A stretch of DNA of 64,000 nucleotides from Octopus sinensis. Lineage: Eukaryota. Positions 12,442 to 26,239 of the stretch are shown piece by piece (the stretch's first letter is position 1; each line of letters begins with the position of its first letter). The notes under the pieces were generated by a model that worked only from the letters and a program-made list of their open reading frames with translations, did no database searches and had not been told where the DNA came from. The DNA lies in assembly GCF_006345805.1 (NCBI RefSeq), contig NC_043004.1, positions 18,600,001 through 18,664,000 of the forward strand, in the 5' to 3' direction. A program made the translations under genes and the position numbers.

Positions 12442-13525
12442 CTGAAGAAAAACTGAATTAATATTAATGGTTCTTTTTAACGGACACAATGACTCTATTT
12501 GTTAAGGATTAGATATGGAAGTAGACATAGTAACACCTTTTCTAACACTGTAGCAATATGTATTGAATTTCTGAGCTTTGGTATTATAATCGAGACCATA
12601 TCACAAACTCGGGTAAGCGGGAAACAAATTCTTACACAAGTAAGCTTATTTCACAAATCAAAGAGAATATTAAAATGAAATTTCTTGATTACTGCAACCC
12701 AGTTAGATCAATTCTTCTCATAAAATATGCTTCAAAGAGCGATGTGAATTATTGAAAATAATAAATAGGTTAGTTTTAAAAGCCAACGAACACATTCTTA
12801 CAGAAAATTTAACTTTTTGTCTTTAAAATAGAATTTTAACATGAAGTAGAATATTAGTAGCAAGATTTCATCTGAGTAAGAAAGTATATTTTATTTGGTC
12901 ATAAAATGAAGTTGGCAGTAAACTGATTAGTGTAAGTAAGTGAGTTTGTTAAATGTAGTCTAAATACCAAATAGATTCCAAACAAGCTGTTAAGAAAATA
13001 GGAAACATCTGGACTCGGTTGAAACCCAATGATGTCGAGATCCTGATTCTTAAAGTGCTCAACGTTTTCTTGCCTTGTTACAAATTTAACCTCCAAATTT
13101 AAAACTTTGTGTAAGATTAATTATATAGTTTATAAAAAAATTCATTTGTTCTATGGTGTGTTACAGCATCATTATTTTTAATTTTTGAATGAACAGACCT
13201 GAAATATTCACCATTGACCCCTAGCATTTTGAATCTTTCTTGATATTCATTTAGTTTTATTGCTGGCTTCCCTATGAATTTTTACCTTTTCATATGTTTT
13301 GTAACGAATACTTTTGCGTACAGACGTTTCTGTCTTCCTAACAGGTAATTATGTACGTTTACATAAGCCGTTTTCAAAGTACATAAAGTGTTTTTTTAAT
13401 ACACATTACAACTACAAGTGCCGTACACTAATAAACAATTTGACTCTGATGCAGGATTTTATATACATATACATACATGCATGCATACATACATACATAC
13501 ATACATACATACATACACATATATA

Positions 13526-14379
13526 TAGGGTGCGATTGATAAATTATCACCATTTCATGCTTTTAATTTCGCGCATGCGCATTGTATGTTTTAATTTTGG
13601 CGACTACACAGTATAGTAGGGGCAGTTGGGCACCGTCTGTGGCAAAAACAGCATCATGACGTAATTCTCTCTGCTGGAAATTTGGAAACAGCATGCTATG
13701 CTGCTTGGCATTTGCGCCGGAAGCTCCAATACAAACATTTCAGTGTCAATCTGAGATGTACCGAGAGTGATAAAAATTAAGCATCCAGTCAACATCATGG
13801 TGTTTGGAGTGATTACTAATGATGGCGACGTTATGCCTCCATTCATCTCACACTGCCTCACACTCAACACGGAGGCCTATATCAACTGCTTGGAGAAGGC
13901 AGTGCTGCCCTTGGTCAAGAGAGTGGCTGCTGGAAGACTCTATGTTTGACACAGGACTCCGCATCATGCTATACAATCAGGAGAACCCAGTTATGGCTGT
14001 CAGACACTTTCTGCGACAACATCAGCCCTAACATCTGGCCAACTATAATCACCAGATTGCAACCTCTTGATTATTATGTGTGGGCGCAATTGAGCGAGAG
14101 ATCAACAAAATTCCTTATAACACCAAAGATGAACTGAATGTAAGGATTATGGTAGCATTCCTCAACCTATACAAGGGGACTGGCCAGAAGAGTTGCAGGT
14201 GATTCCGAAGTTGTCTGGAGACCGTGGTTGAAGCCAATCATGATTTTATTGAGTAAATTTACTCTTTAGTATTTCAAGATATTTCTATGTAATTTTGGTA
14301 AATATATATGTTAAAATGAAATGTTGGTGTTATTTTCATTTTTACGTAACTTAGACGACAATTTATTCACTGCACCCTG
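13526..14379 (+). mobile_element. DD37D (maT/mori-type) ITm transposon, deleted relic
   Basis: TIRs (T/C)AGGGTGC..TGA(T/A)TAAATT.TC with TA flanks; IMVFGVITNDG, QDSA...WP..SPDCNLLDYYVW with about 37 residues between the last two Asp. Confidence 0.8.
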
Positions 14380-14389
14380 TATATGTGTA

Positions 14390-14451
<62 letters not shown>

Positions 14452-14459
14452 GTATATAT

Positions 14460-14494
14460 TTTAATGATATGGCCTAATATACAAACACATACGC

Positions 14495-14544
<50 letters not shown>

Positions 14545-14605
14545 GTATATATATATATATGTATATATAATTTAAAGATATGCCATAATACAAACACATA
14601 CGCAG

Positions 14606-14642
<37 letters not shown>

Positions 14643-14730
14643 ATATGTATATATATCTATATATATATATATATATATGTATATATAATTTAAAGATATG
14701 CCATAATACAAACACATACGCAGATATAAT
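14460..14730. repeat. Three-copy minisatellite with embedded (TA)n
   Basis: TTTAAAGATATGCCATAATACAAACACATACGCAGATATATA recurs at ~14460, 14570 and 14690. Confidence 0.85.
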
Positions 14731-14834
14731 AATACTATATATATATATATAATATAATACAATAACAATTTAACAAATAAAACACATGCATACATACATA
14801 TATGTACATACCTACATCTATATGTATATATACA

Positions 14835-14872
<38 letters not shown>

Positions 14873-15790
14873 TACAGGACGCCACAAATGAACGTAGAAC
14901 ACAACGAGAAACGAAAACATAAAAACAAACAAGGAAACGGACTTTTTTTAACAACGAAAAAACAGAGTACAAAACAAACAATACAATGAATATTCCCCTT
15001 CATCAGCTGCCCCTGGTTCGACTTAATGCGTGTTTCGGAGGTATGTATGTATATATATATATATGTAAGTGGAGTACAATACTGAGTACTCATAAACAGT
15101 GACTTACCGATTTTTATACTGATATAAGAGTACACTCTTATGTCAGTATAAAAATGGGTAAAGTGTATAAGGCTTACTAGACCAGCGGCTCAGAGATTGG
15201 TATCATTAACCTATTGGAAAACAAAGTCACCAATGTATTAATACAATAAGATCAAAATCAAAATAATGTAGGGTAGCGGTAAACTTCTGCAGAGCTGTAT
15301 CTGCAATCCAGTTTCGATTCCCAGTGTAAGGATCTTACTACATTTATGAAGCTGATGATCTTGAGAAAGACACTTCGATACCCCTCCACCTGCAATTATG
15401 TTCAAAAGGGTCCAAACAGAACAAACCACAGAATCGTACCAATTCATACTTTCCGTAGATTCGAATCAATCGCCACTTAATATATGTTCTAGACTATTTC
15501 TTTTATTTCTGAGAAAAAGTACAAAAAAGAAAATTCTGATCGGGTGGAACTGGAGAATACACAATAGAAAGACAGAATCGAGTTATGTAAAAACTTTGCA
15601 CCATTGCTTTTGCACGTAAATGTTTACTTATATTACTCTCATACATTAATTCCTGAAGGAAGAAATATATTTTGTATATCACCGAAAGTAAATTGGTGGT
15701 TACTACTAAATCATCAGGGAGTGAACTTCGAGCAATATTATCTCTAGTGAAATTTGAGCTCACATACCCACCCGCACGTATCTTACTCAC

Positions 15791-15846
<56 letters not shown>

Positions 15847-16101
15847 ACGTGGTGGAACAAAACTGAACAAAGCATCTCAAAGGCAGTTTTTACGCTCATT
15901 ATCACTGATAGTAATTTATATAATAATGGGATGGTATGCTGATATATGTGTATGAATAACGCTCTACCATCCGCTCCTATTTTAGTCCACCACAGAAACA
16001 TATTTCGCTAATTGTCGTAGTTGTCACATGGAATCTTCAACTCGATCCTGAAAATGAGACAACAGACTGTAGTATGCATACACGCACACACACACACACA
16101 C

Positions 16102-16133
<32 letters not shown>

Positions 16134-16151
16134 GCAAAAGCACACACATAT

Positions 16152-16367
16152 ATTAGTTTCAAATTTTGGCTGAAGGGCAGCAAATTCGAGACAGGCGGGT
16201 AGTCGATTACATCGACCTCAGTGCTCAACTGATACTTATTTTAACCCGCCCAGAAATGATAAAAGACGAAGATGACCTCAGCGGAATTTGAACTCAGAAC
16301 GTGAAGACGGACTAAATGCTGCTAAGCATTCTGTCCGGCGTGCTAACAATTCTGACCGTTTGGTGCC
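16152..16367 (-). mobile_element. tRNA-derived SINE (degenerate)
   Basis: Reverse complement reads ...ACGCCGGACAGAATGCTTAGC...GTTCTGAGTTCAAATTCCGCTGAGGTC...GGTCGATGTAATCGACT. Confidence 0.75.
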
Positions 16368-17224
16368 TTTCCTTTCGTTTAAAATCAATTAGATTTTTAT
16401 AATATATAACTTGACATAAAAACTAATATCAATAAATTCGTGTGTGGCCGATTTTACCTTTCTACTTTTCGGGGTCGATAGAATAAGTAACAGCTGAGCA
16501 TTGGGGTCGATGTAATTGATGTACCCCCTTCCCGAACTTCCAAGCCTCGTGCCAAAATTTTGAACCAATATTAAACGGAAGAAATATGTATTTTGCTAAG
16601 GGTGGGCTGCTGAATAGCGCAACCAATCATTGAATGACAGGTATATCATAGGAGGGATCTGTCTCTCGTGTCAGCTCATAGCATCTTTGTTTTTTTTTTC
16701 TCTTTTGATGAAGATGTGATAACCACTCTGAAATGCATGCATCCAACAATCTTATTAAGGAACGCTGCGGACTAACTTGGTGCGTTTATGCCATTTGTCT
16801 ACAACAGTAAATTTTCTCCATCACAGAATACAGTGAATGGCATTCTTACGGATTCGAATATGCCTCAAGCATATTTCGACTGGCAAAAAGTTTGGAACAT
16901 CACTGCTTAGCGCAATCACTCCACTACACACACACACATACACACATACACATACATACATACATGTATATATGGGTACGTGTGTGTGAAGAGAGAGAAA
17001 AGGATACAAAATCAGTTATATACAGTATAAAGTTGTACAGGACAGTAAGAAGTTCACAGAAAAATGTTGGTAGTCGAACCAAGTATCCTTGTGTATGTCT
17101 GTCTACACGCTGAGAGTGAGACGGCGTCTCATAAGAATTACAGGCAGCAAAATTAAAACGTATTTCACACACATACATACGCACACACAAAACACACACA
17201 CATACACACACATATATATATAAT

Positions 17225-17625
17225 CTTTTCTACTCTAGGCACAAGGCCCAAAATTTTGGGGTTGAGGGCTAGTCGATTAGATCGATCCCAGTACGCAACT
17301 GGTACTTAATTTATCGACCCCGAAAGGGATGAAAGGCAAAGTCGACCTCGGCTGAATTTGACCTCACAACGTAAAGACAAATGAAATACTTATTTCTTTA
17401 CTACCTTCAAGGGGCTAAACACAGAGAGGACAAACAAGGACAGACAAACGGATTAAGTCGATTACATCGACCCCAGTGCGTAACTGGTACTTAATTTATC
17501 GACCCCGAAAGGATGAAAGGCAAAGTCGACCTCGGCGTAATTTGAACTCAGAACGCAACGGCAGACGAAATACGGCAACGCATTTCGCCCGGCGTGCAAA
17601 CGTTTCTGCCAGCTCGCCGCCTCAT
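17225..17625 (-). mobile_element. Two adjacent/nested tRNA-derived SINE copies
   Basis: Full copy ~17385-17625 (GGCGGCGAGCTGGCAGAA...GTTCAAATT...TAGCCCCTTGAAGGTAGTAAAGAAATA) abuts a head-truncated copy at 17225-17385. Confidence 0.85.
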
Positions 17626-17804
17626 GCACGTATACATAATAGAATTTATATGTGTGTACGCGCATATATATATATATATATATAGGTAAACAGTAAAATA
17701 ATTACAGACATGGACAAGAACATGAAACACCACAGAGACGACACAAGAACCACAGGACGGGACATTCGAAGCCCTCAGTCATCAGTCAAGAACCAGATCA
17801 TCTA

Positions 17805-17880
17805 TATATATATATACATATATATATTATATATATATCTATATATATATATATATAATATATATATACTATATATATAT

Positions 17881-17918
<38 letters not shown>

Positions 17919-17954
17919 TATAGATATATATATATATATATACATATGTATATA

Positions 17955-18042
<88 letters not shown>

Positions 18043-18045
18043 GTC
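17805..18045. repeat. Long (TA)n microsatellite (representative of many in the window)
   Basis: About 240 bp of imperfect TA repeat; similar tracts at 2095-2345, 8385-8495, 19395-19485, 20235-20325 and 44990-45355. Confidence 0.95.
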
Positions 18046-19046
18046 TGTGTGTGCGTGTGTCTATCTGTTTATTTGTGTATAGTGTGTACTTATATATGCA
18101 TTTATGTGTATAGGATCGCCAGTTCAGACTAGGAAACATAAGTAGGATTTATGTTAGAAAGTAGTTAAGTTTACAGTAATACAACTCAACTGGGCGGCAT
18201 GTATACCCACTTAGTGAGGATGACAACTGAAATAACTTGGCGGCGGTTAGATTAAATGGGATCATATTACTAACAAGCAGGCATTTTTTTACAAAACACA
18301 CACTACAAGACTCGAATTAGAAGGGAGCTTCTGCGCACATCCCAATCCCTTTCAATATTGATACTTATCTTAAAAGGGAAATAATATATAAGATTATGAC
18401 GCCCCGGTTGCACAGAAATTGAGAAAAATAGGGGAAAAGTTATAGGTGGAATGTCTTTGGCCTGCGTATTCATGGATAACGTGGAATTAAGACAACAGAA
18501 GCCGAGATTTATAAACAGCAACAACAACATTCACAAGCACTGTAAAATGAAATCCGCCAATAACGATTAGAGTTACGAAAACAAATTAAAATGTATGTAA
18601 AAAATTAGTGAGAGAGAGTAAATTTAAACTATAAATGTAAAATTGCTAAAATATAAGCCAACGCACATTCAAGAAATAGATGTATGCAAATAATTTTAGA
18701 TTTTAGTATATTATATATATACATACATACATACATACATACATACATACATACATGCATATACTTACCCTTTTTTCTCTTTTCTCACTCTCTCTTTCTC
18801 TTTCTCTCTCTTACACACTTACACACAAAAACACACATTCATACATACATGTATGTATGTGCATATGTATATGTACCTGTGTGCACCTATATGTGTGCGT
18901 GTGTGTGCGTGTGTATGTGTGTATGTGTGTGTGTGTGCGTGTGTAATAAGAGTAAAACTTTGCACAGTAGGACGACAAAGGAAAAGATGAAAACACCACA
19001 CACGAGATTTAAACATGCTCACCCCTTATCAGTTATCGGACAATTT

Positions 19047-19094
<48 letters not shown>

Positions 19095-19381
19095 TATATA
19101 TATAATATATATATATATACACAAATAAGTTATATGTGTATATAAAATATGTATATGCATATATCGTGTGTGTGTATGTTTGTGTTTATAGTCAGTATTG
19201 CAGTTGGTTTCTAAATGTAATAGGAAGGATAAGAATATACTGCTAATAGTTATCTATTGTACAACTTTATAAAGAAAAAAATCTGTTTGTGAACGTATGT
19301 ATATTAGATGAATATGTATATATATATACATACATACATACACACATACATACATATATACATACATACACACACACACAC

Positions 19382-19471
<90 letters not shown>

Positions 19472-19571
19472 ATATATATATATATACAGATAAAGGGTGA
19501 AATATAATTAATTTAATAAAATCAACAAATTTCACCTAGTAGTAGTTCGGTATGGAAAAGGACCATATTAT

Positions 19572-19624
<53 letters not shown>

Positions 19625-19787
19625 CATACACATATACGTGTATATTTTCACAGCAGATTGATAATTAAACAGATTAAAAACAATGCATACATACACCCCT
19701 ACATACCTAATTACAAATAAACACCCATACAAAAATGTATACGTACAAGCATACATAGATATTCACGAACACACACATATATACATA

Positions 19788-19837
<50 letters not shown>

Positions 19838-19920
19838 ATAATACTCACACGCACGTACGTAAGGCGTAAATGCAAATGTAAAAAAAAAACAAACAAAATA
19901 CAAGAAAATCAAATACTTAC

Positions 19921-20010
19921 TCCTGAAACTTCCTGTAATAGATGGCGATTTATCAGCATCAACGTAGTGAAGGTGGAAAATATCCGAAAAATTTGTCGAA
20001 AGGTGGCCAT
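19921..20010 (-). CDS. Possible first coding exon encoding a signal-peptide-like sequence
   Basis: ATG with A at -3 and G at +4; 30 codons MATFRQIFRIFSTFTTLMLINRHLLQEVSG ending exactly at a consensus GTAAGT donor (19920-19915). Confidence 0.45.
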
Positions 20011-20229
20011 AATAAACCTATTATTTTCTTTTTCCGTTTTTTCTTTCTTTTTATTCAAAAATGTAAATTATGTGAATCGTTCTTTAAACACGTTTATGCG
20101 TCTTCGGTAGTTTGTTACATTCTGACAAAATAGTATAATTTGTTAACAAAACTTTAAAATGAACAGATATATATCTTTGGCATTTCTTAGTTATCCATCT
20201 GCTTAAGTCATTATATGCATGTGTGTTCG

Positions 20230-20267
<38 letters not shown>

Positions 20268-20276
20268 ATATATATA

Positions 20277-20331
<55 letters not shown>

Positions 20332-21019
20332 ATATCGTTAGTGATTCAAATGTGGGAGATACGCGGGGGCACGACTTTCCCCTCCCTGCCACTTCAGCTC
20401 ACGGTGGAGGTGTGTTATTCCGTTTTGTCCCACCTTCCCAATCTTGACCTCTCGAACTTAACTTCAGCGCACCCCAAGTTCCTCAGACCTAATTCCGCCA
20501 CTGCGTATTCTTAACTCGCTCTCTGGTTTTAAGACGTCAGGTGTGGACAGTGGGAACGAAGTGAGAAATGAACAGGTAAATCGATCAGGTTGTCTTTCTC
20601 TTTCACTTTCTCTCTGCGGTATGATTTCCCTTTGTGATTGCGTGTATAAGTCATCTTATTTCAATTAGTTAAAAAACAAAATATCTGATACGTTGAGAAA
20701 ATATAAAATGAAAGTGTCGTCTTTATAGGCGTTTGACTTCTCAGCTATGAATGCATACGAAATAAAACTATTAATAAATACTGCAGATTAATGCAAAATA
20801 GTAATGAAAGCTACAGTTGATAGAATATTTTAGCAACATCAAATATTTTGGGGCGGGGCAAAGGAATTTTTTTTCTTTTTTAACAGGTGTTGCGAGTTCG
20901 TTTATTGCTAGATTTCAATATTACGTCTAAGAACGAAACATTGAATCTAAGAACATGTTTTGCTTCTGTATACTCGAATCCATAACATACAAAGTATTAA
21001 ATAAAATCTGTCAACATCG

Positions 21020-21052
<33 letters not shown>

Positions 21053-21757
21053 TGTATGTATGGATATACTATGTATACGTCTATACAAACTCATTAATCG
21101 AAGGTAGAATGCAATATATAAACAACTGTTACAGACCTTATGCAGCAATATTATCATTAAGGTGAGAAAAAAAAAGGTAAATGATGAAAACCTTAAATCA
21201 GAAGAAATGTAAACAAAGTACAAAACATATCAACAGCCAATCTAATAAAAAAACATTTCATTAACTTCCTGACTGCTTCTTTCTTTCCTTCTTTTTTTGT
21301 TTGTTTGCTTGTTTTTTGTTTGTTTGTTACTTTTTTTTCACTTCTTTTTGGTTTTGCTTAGATATTGGCAATTCCGCACATTGCCGGATGCAGCAGTTCA
21401 AATTACGCCGAATACACACCAATAGTTTTGGGAGTATTCCTAGTTTAGGCAGTTGTTTAGAGGTAGTATTACTAATGGCATATATCATGAAAAAAACCAA
21501 AAGTTTTTGAGTTTTACAGTATTGAAAGTACGATATAATATTCCCTGATATTTCAACAAAAATGAAATAATAAATTATTTAAAAAAAGAAAATGGTAAGT
21601 TAAGCTACTTTTACTGTAGGAAACTTTAACTGCTGTTAATAAATAATAAAGCGCTTAATTAATACATACTCATGGAATGTTGTAGAAATAATCTAATAAA
21701 CTGGTGGTGCTTCAATCCCTAATAATAATAATAATAATAATAATAATCATAATAACA

Positions 21758-21790
<33 letters not shown>

Positions 21791-22548
21791 AAGATAGAGG
21801 GCCTGAGAGAATTGTGGCTATAACAAAATAATTCTCACATGTAAATCTCAAGGCCAAGTATTCGGGGAAATATAAATACCGAGCTGTGTCGTTAAGAAAG
21901 TTCATCTCACAATCACTTCAGGGTTTGATCCGCTGCTTTGGCACCTTCAGCATGTATGTACAATGCGAGTGGAATTTTGCTGATGGAAACTGTACGGAAG
22001 CACACCTTATCATATATATGTGTATACATGTGTGTGTGCGTTTGTGTGCGCGCGCGCGCGGATGTATCTGTGCCTGTGAGTGCGTATGTTTACATTGTTT
22101 AAAGGATTATGTTGTGGATGTTTACGTTCCATAAGTAGTCACAATAGAATTACGGAGGCCAGTACAAGATTCTGAAAGTTAGTGCAATAAATAAAATAAA
22201 ATAAAATGATAAAATAAAAGGAAAGAGAAAAACGAAAAGAAAGTGGAATGATTCGGAGAATAAAATTCTCCCTGTAAAGTTTTCACGCAGAGAAAGTAAG
22301 GAATAGCTAGAAAGTGGTTGGTTATAATATCGTTGGATGTACTGTATGTAGGAGGAAAGCGGCCTACAGTTATCTTTCTCTGGAACTTTTTTTTAGTGTT
22401 GTGATTGTTATTATCGTATATATAAAGAAAACACTATTTCTCGATATTTTCCTCCTTCCATTCTCCTATCCCTCCTCACCCTCTTTAAATTCATCTTATT
22501 TCGCCTTCCATTCACTGCCCTCTACATACTTTCTCTCTCTCCTCCTCA

Positions 22549-22604
<56 letters not shown>

Positions 22605-23189
22605 TATATATATATCTATCTCTCTCTCTGTGTTTCTCTTACCATCTTTTTTCACTTTCTGCCCACTCACCCTCTCTCTGAAACTATACCTTTCGCTGCT
22701 GTTTAACAGTATTTACTAAAAAAATCGCAGTTTTTTTTTTTTTTTCACTTTTATTCCACACTTTCTCTCGCCTTTCGTGTCTTTTATGATCACTCTCGCT
22801 TCATTCCGCCTCTTATCACTTCTTCCTCTCTTTTCTCACTGCTTCCTCTCTTTCTCTCTCTCTCAACTATTGCCCCAGTGTTTATAAGCTATTTGCTGTC
22901 AAGTTGGCAGTTAGCGGTTCTCTCACTTCATGTTTTTAATGTCATTCTTGCTACAGCTTATTGTTCTTAACGGTGTTGCTATTTTAACTGCTGTTGTCAC
23001 TGTTGCTACTATATTCGTGGCTGCTGAGGCAGGTTTGCTTATCTTGTTCACATTATTGTTCTAATGTATTATTGTCTTTGGTATCGTTGATGATGCGGCA
23101 AAAAGGTTATAATTGCGATTGTTCGGGAATGGAATGACAGAAACGGTAGCATTTTTTGGTAAAGGCTTTATTATTATTTATTCGTTTGT

Positions 23190-23385
23190 TAAGGCAGCGA
23201 GCTGGCAGAATCATTACCGCGCCGGACAAAATACTTCGCGACATCTCGTCCGTCTTCATGTTCTGAGTTTAAATTCTACCGAGGTCGACTTTGCTTTTCA
23301 GCTGAGTATTGGAGTCGATGTAATCGATTTATGCCTTCTCCCAAATTTGCTGGCCCTGTGCCAAAATTCGAAATTATTATTTATT
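23190..23385 (+). mobile_element. tRNA-derived SINE
   Basis: AAGGCAGCGAGCTGGCAGAATC...GTTCTGAGTTTAAATTCTACCGAGGTCGACTTTGC...GTCGATGTAATCGA...GTGCCAAAATTCGAAATTATTATT. Confidence 0.8.
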
Positions 23386-24508
23386 AGGGGTTTCTCCCCC
23401 CCCCCCCCGCGAAACAGGGGCTATGTCTATGGACTTTTTTTTTCTAATCCCTTTGAAACTGGTGGAAATAACACAGTGTTCCTTCTGAATATTTACAAAC
23501 TGAGAGGGTATACTTCAGTGCCAACATTCTGATACAGAAGGACTGGGATGGTGGAGCAGTCCTATCATAGCTATATGTAGTCGGTTGAACGATGTAGTGC
23601 TAGCCAGAAATCCGCTTAGATTGGCAACATACGATACACTTCAATATACAGTAATTTACGTTATGGAGTAGTGATGTTGGTAACTTGCATATTTTGTTCT
23701 GTCCAAGATGTATCTGTGTCGTTCTATGCTGTATTCTGGTGATAACCACAGCGGAAACAGATGTGGAGAATTTGATTGAACTTGGTTGAAAGTTGTTAGT
23801 GTTTGATGTGCATACCATTATCATGCTTCGGGTTTATCGGGTAATGTGTACTCTTCTATACTGTGTGTACATATTTTATTTACGTTTCGCTGGATTGAGT
23901 GGGATGACATTATTTTTAGAATTTGCTGAAGTAGTAATGCACATACGTATGGGTGTGTGGAGGTGAAGGGAATCCTGTGGCAGGAACTGTGTACATTGAA
24001 AATTGGTGCAACAATAAACTCTGATAATCGCAGCGTCCTAACGAATATTTAGTTTTCGACTGCTAATGTTTTAATTTATAAATTCAACAGTGGTTGATTT
24101 TGTCTTCTACCTTCTCGTGATGGATAAAATAAAGTACCATGTATGTATTGGCATTAATTTGATAGTCTTCACTGATTACTCTTACGTTAATATAAAAACT
24201 TTTTAAAAATGTGTTTTGTTGTCTTCATTGCTGGTAATACGTGTTACTTTCACTGGTATTTTTTGCCGCCCTCAAGCTTGCTTGTAAATACTATGTAAAC
24301 GGTTGTGTATGTTCGTCTATACACACAGATACACATTTCTCATGAAAGCTGATATTCAGCAATGTTATATGATTTCATCACACAGACATTCGTAAATATA
24401 CAAAGACATACACAGAGACATATTTACACATAGAGGCAAACACTGCAAAATTAATTGCAATGTATTTACATATTCATATACACACATATAATGCACACAG
24501 ACACACAC

Positions 24509-24557
<49 letters not shown>

Positions 24558-26239
24558 GCACACACACGCATACACATGTCTGTGAGTATTGTTGCGCGTA
24601 TAAGTTACCTGTGTGTGATAGCTTGTTCGCTGTACAATCAAGCCTATAGTTCATATTCATTGAAGTCTAGTTGAATGCACTTCTGCAGGAAAGTAATCCC
24701 TATATTTTCATCACTTTGCTTCTAACAATGCTGTATATTCGGATAGCTTCCCTTAGAACCAAGTTTTCTGGAACTAATCAGTGACGAGATATTTTTAAAC
24801 CCCCTACTTCGGCATCTTATAATATGGTATCGAAAGAAACATATATTCTCAAAAGTTCGTAGTTTTAATAGTACTAAAAGTATTCTCTTTCCAGCATCAC
24901 TGTTCATGATACATTGTTCTGTTGTGATACATTAGCAGGTACTTAATAAATACTTCTTTACTGGCCCCACCGTTGTGAAAGTTCGGTATATTCGGCCGCT
25001 GATTCCAAATGAACCATTCTTTTTTCCCTTTCAGCTCTGGTTTTATATATATAACATACTCTTGAGTATACTGATGCATCTACTCGAACAATGAATTTAG
25101 GAACATCGGCTGCAGTTTATATTTTAGTAGCTGATTCCAAAAATATGGTATGTAAATTTCCCTATTAGATTAATTATCTGTTATTTTTGTACAAACACTA
25201 TAGAATTCATGTCGTTATATTACAAGCTATTAAAACAACTACATATAACTAAAGCTGTTTATTTCAGTATGATAGGTGAAAGAGTACTACGTTAAAATCT
25301 ATATAATCATTGTAACTCAATATTAGATGTAAAAATAACATATCAAATGATCAGTTGTTCAACACATAAAGAGCTTCTGTTATAGACTTTTCTCGAATGA
25401 GATTGAACAGAACGGTCACACTGAATGTTCCAGCAATAATCAATGTATACTAAACCTTACCTGCTCTCTATAATCTGATGAAAACTTTTACCTTGCCCCC
25501 AACCTAAATTACAAACACTTTCCGGAAAGCAATCTAAACATCTGTGAATATAATAGACATCGTTGCTTATTTTATCTGCCAAATAGTTTCAGAGAAAGAT
25601 TTTAACAAGTAATTTCGCATAGGAATCTTTGCTAGATATTGAATATATGACGTGAAATTTTTTATGAACTCTCTTTATGTGGAAAGCCACCAAAACATCC
25701 TTGCTTTAAGTTTATGAATCTTCAAACCCTTCAATTACCAGTCCTATAAATGCTTTCAAACAGTCTACAATACATTTACATAAATTCTCTACAAGTAGCT
25801 GGTTAATCATCAAGAGAGTAATTTTATCAGCTGAGCTGAAAGGGTATTATAAAGAGTAGACCAATCAGTATTTTTCCTGATCGCTCTTGCTTTCATGACC
25901 TTCCCATAGAGTTTTTCAAATACCACAGTCATCTTGTGTCATATTCTCATCCACTTACCCAATGCAGCTCGCACATTTCTTTGCCTCAAACACTGGATGT
26001 CTAATCTACTTGCCAGTGTGTATTGCATGACTACCGACTGTTTCTTCACCTCTTATGTTTTCATTACGAGGCTTACTATTCTATAATTCTGTCCCCGTTC
26101 AATGTAGCAGAGCTCATGCCTCAATCCGAAAGGACTTCTCCAAAATCTACTATCAGGAGCATACTGAGCCTTCCTTATCTCTGGAGTAATAAAAGCACGT
26201 TCCCTTCCTCATGCACCTGGCACACACAAACTTTTGAAC

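Noticed and set aside
12505-12600. YGLDYNTKAQKFNTYCY resembling a Link-domain C-terminus (minus strand)
   Set aside because: An in-frame TGA lies immediately upstream and a stop shortly after; no splice sites rescue it.
19966-20000. Degenerate hammerhead-like GGA..TCC-GAAA..GTC
   Set aside because: No intact CTGANGA box; the region is better explained by the minus-strand exon candidate.
22946-23021. Hydrophobic exon-like stretch with AG/GT borders
   Set aside because: Built from degenerate GTT/GCT triplets with a weak donor; most likely a decayed microsatellite.
23600-23950. Possible GIY-YIG-like Cys pattern (NVNYCILKCIVC) on the minus strand
   Set aside because: No YIG motif or other PLE hallmark recovered, so it cannot be supported.
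24720-25110. Weak resemblance to Ty3/gypsy RNase H (FIVRVDAS) on the minus strand
   Set aside because: Too degraded, with only one short motif and no supporting RT or integrase nearby.
25700-26230. Possible transposase remnant next to the Tx1 truncation
   Set aside because: No diagnostic motif could be read in any frame.
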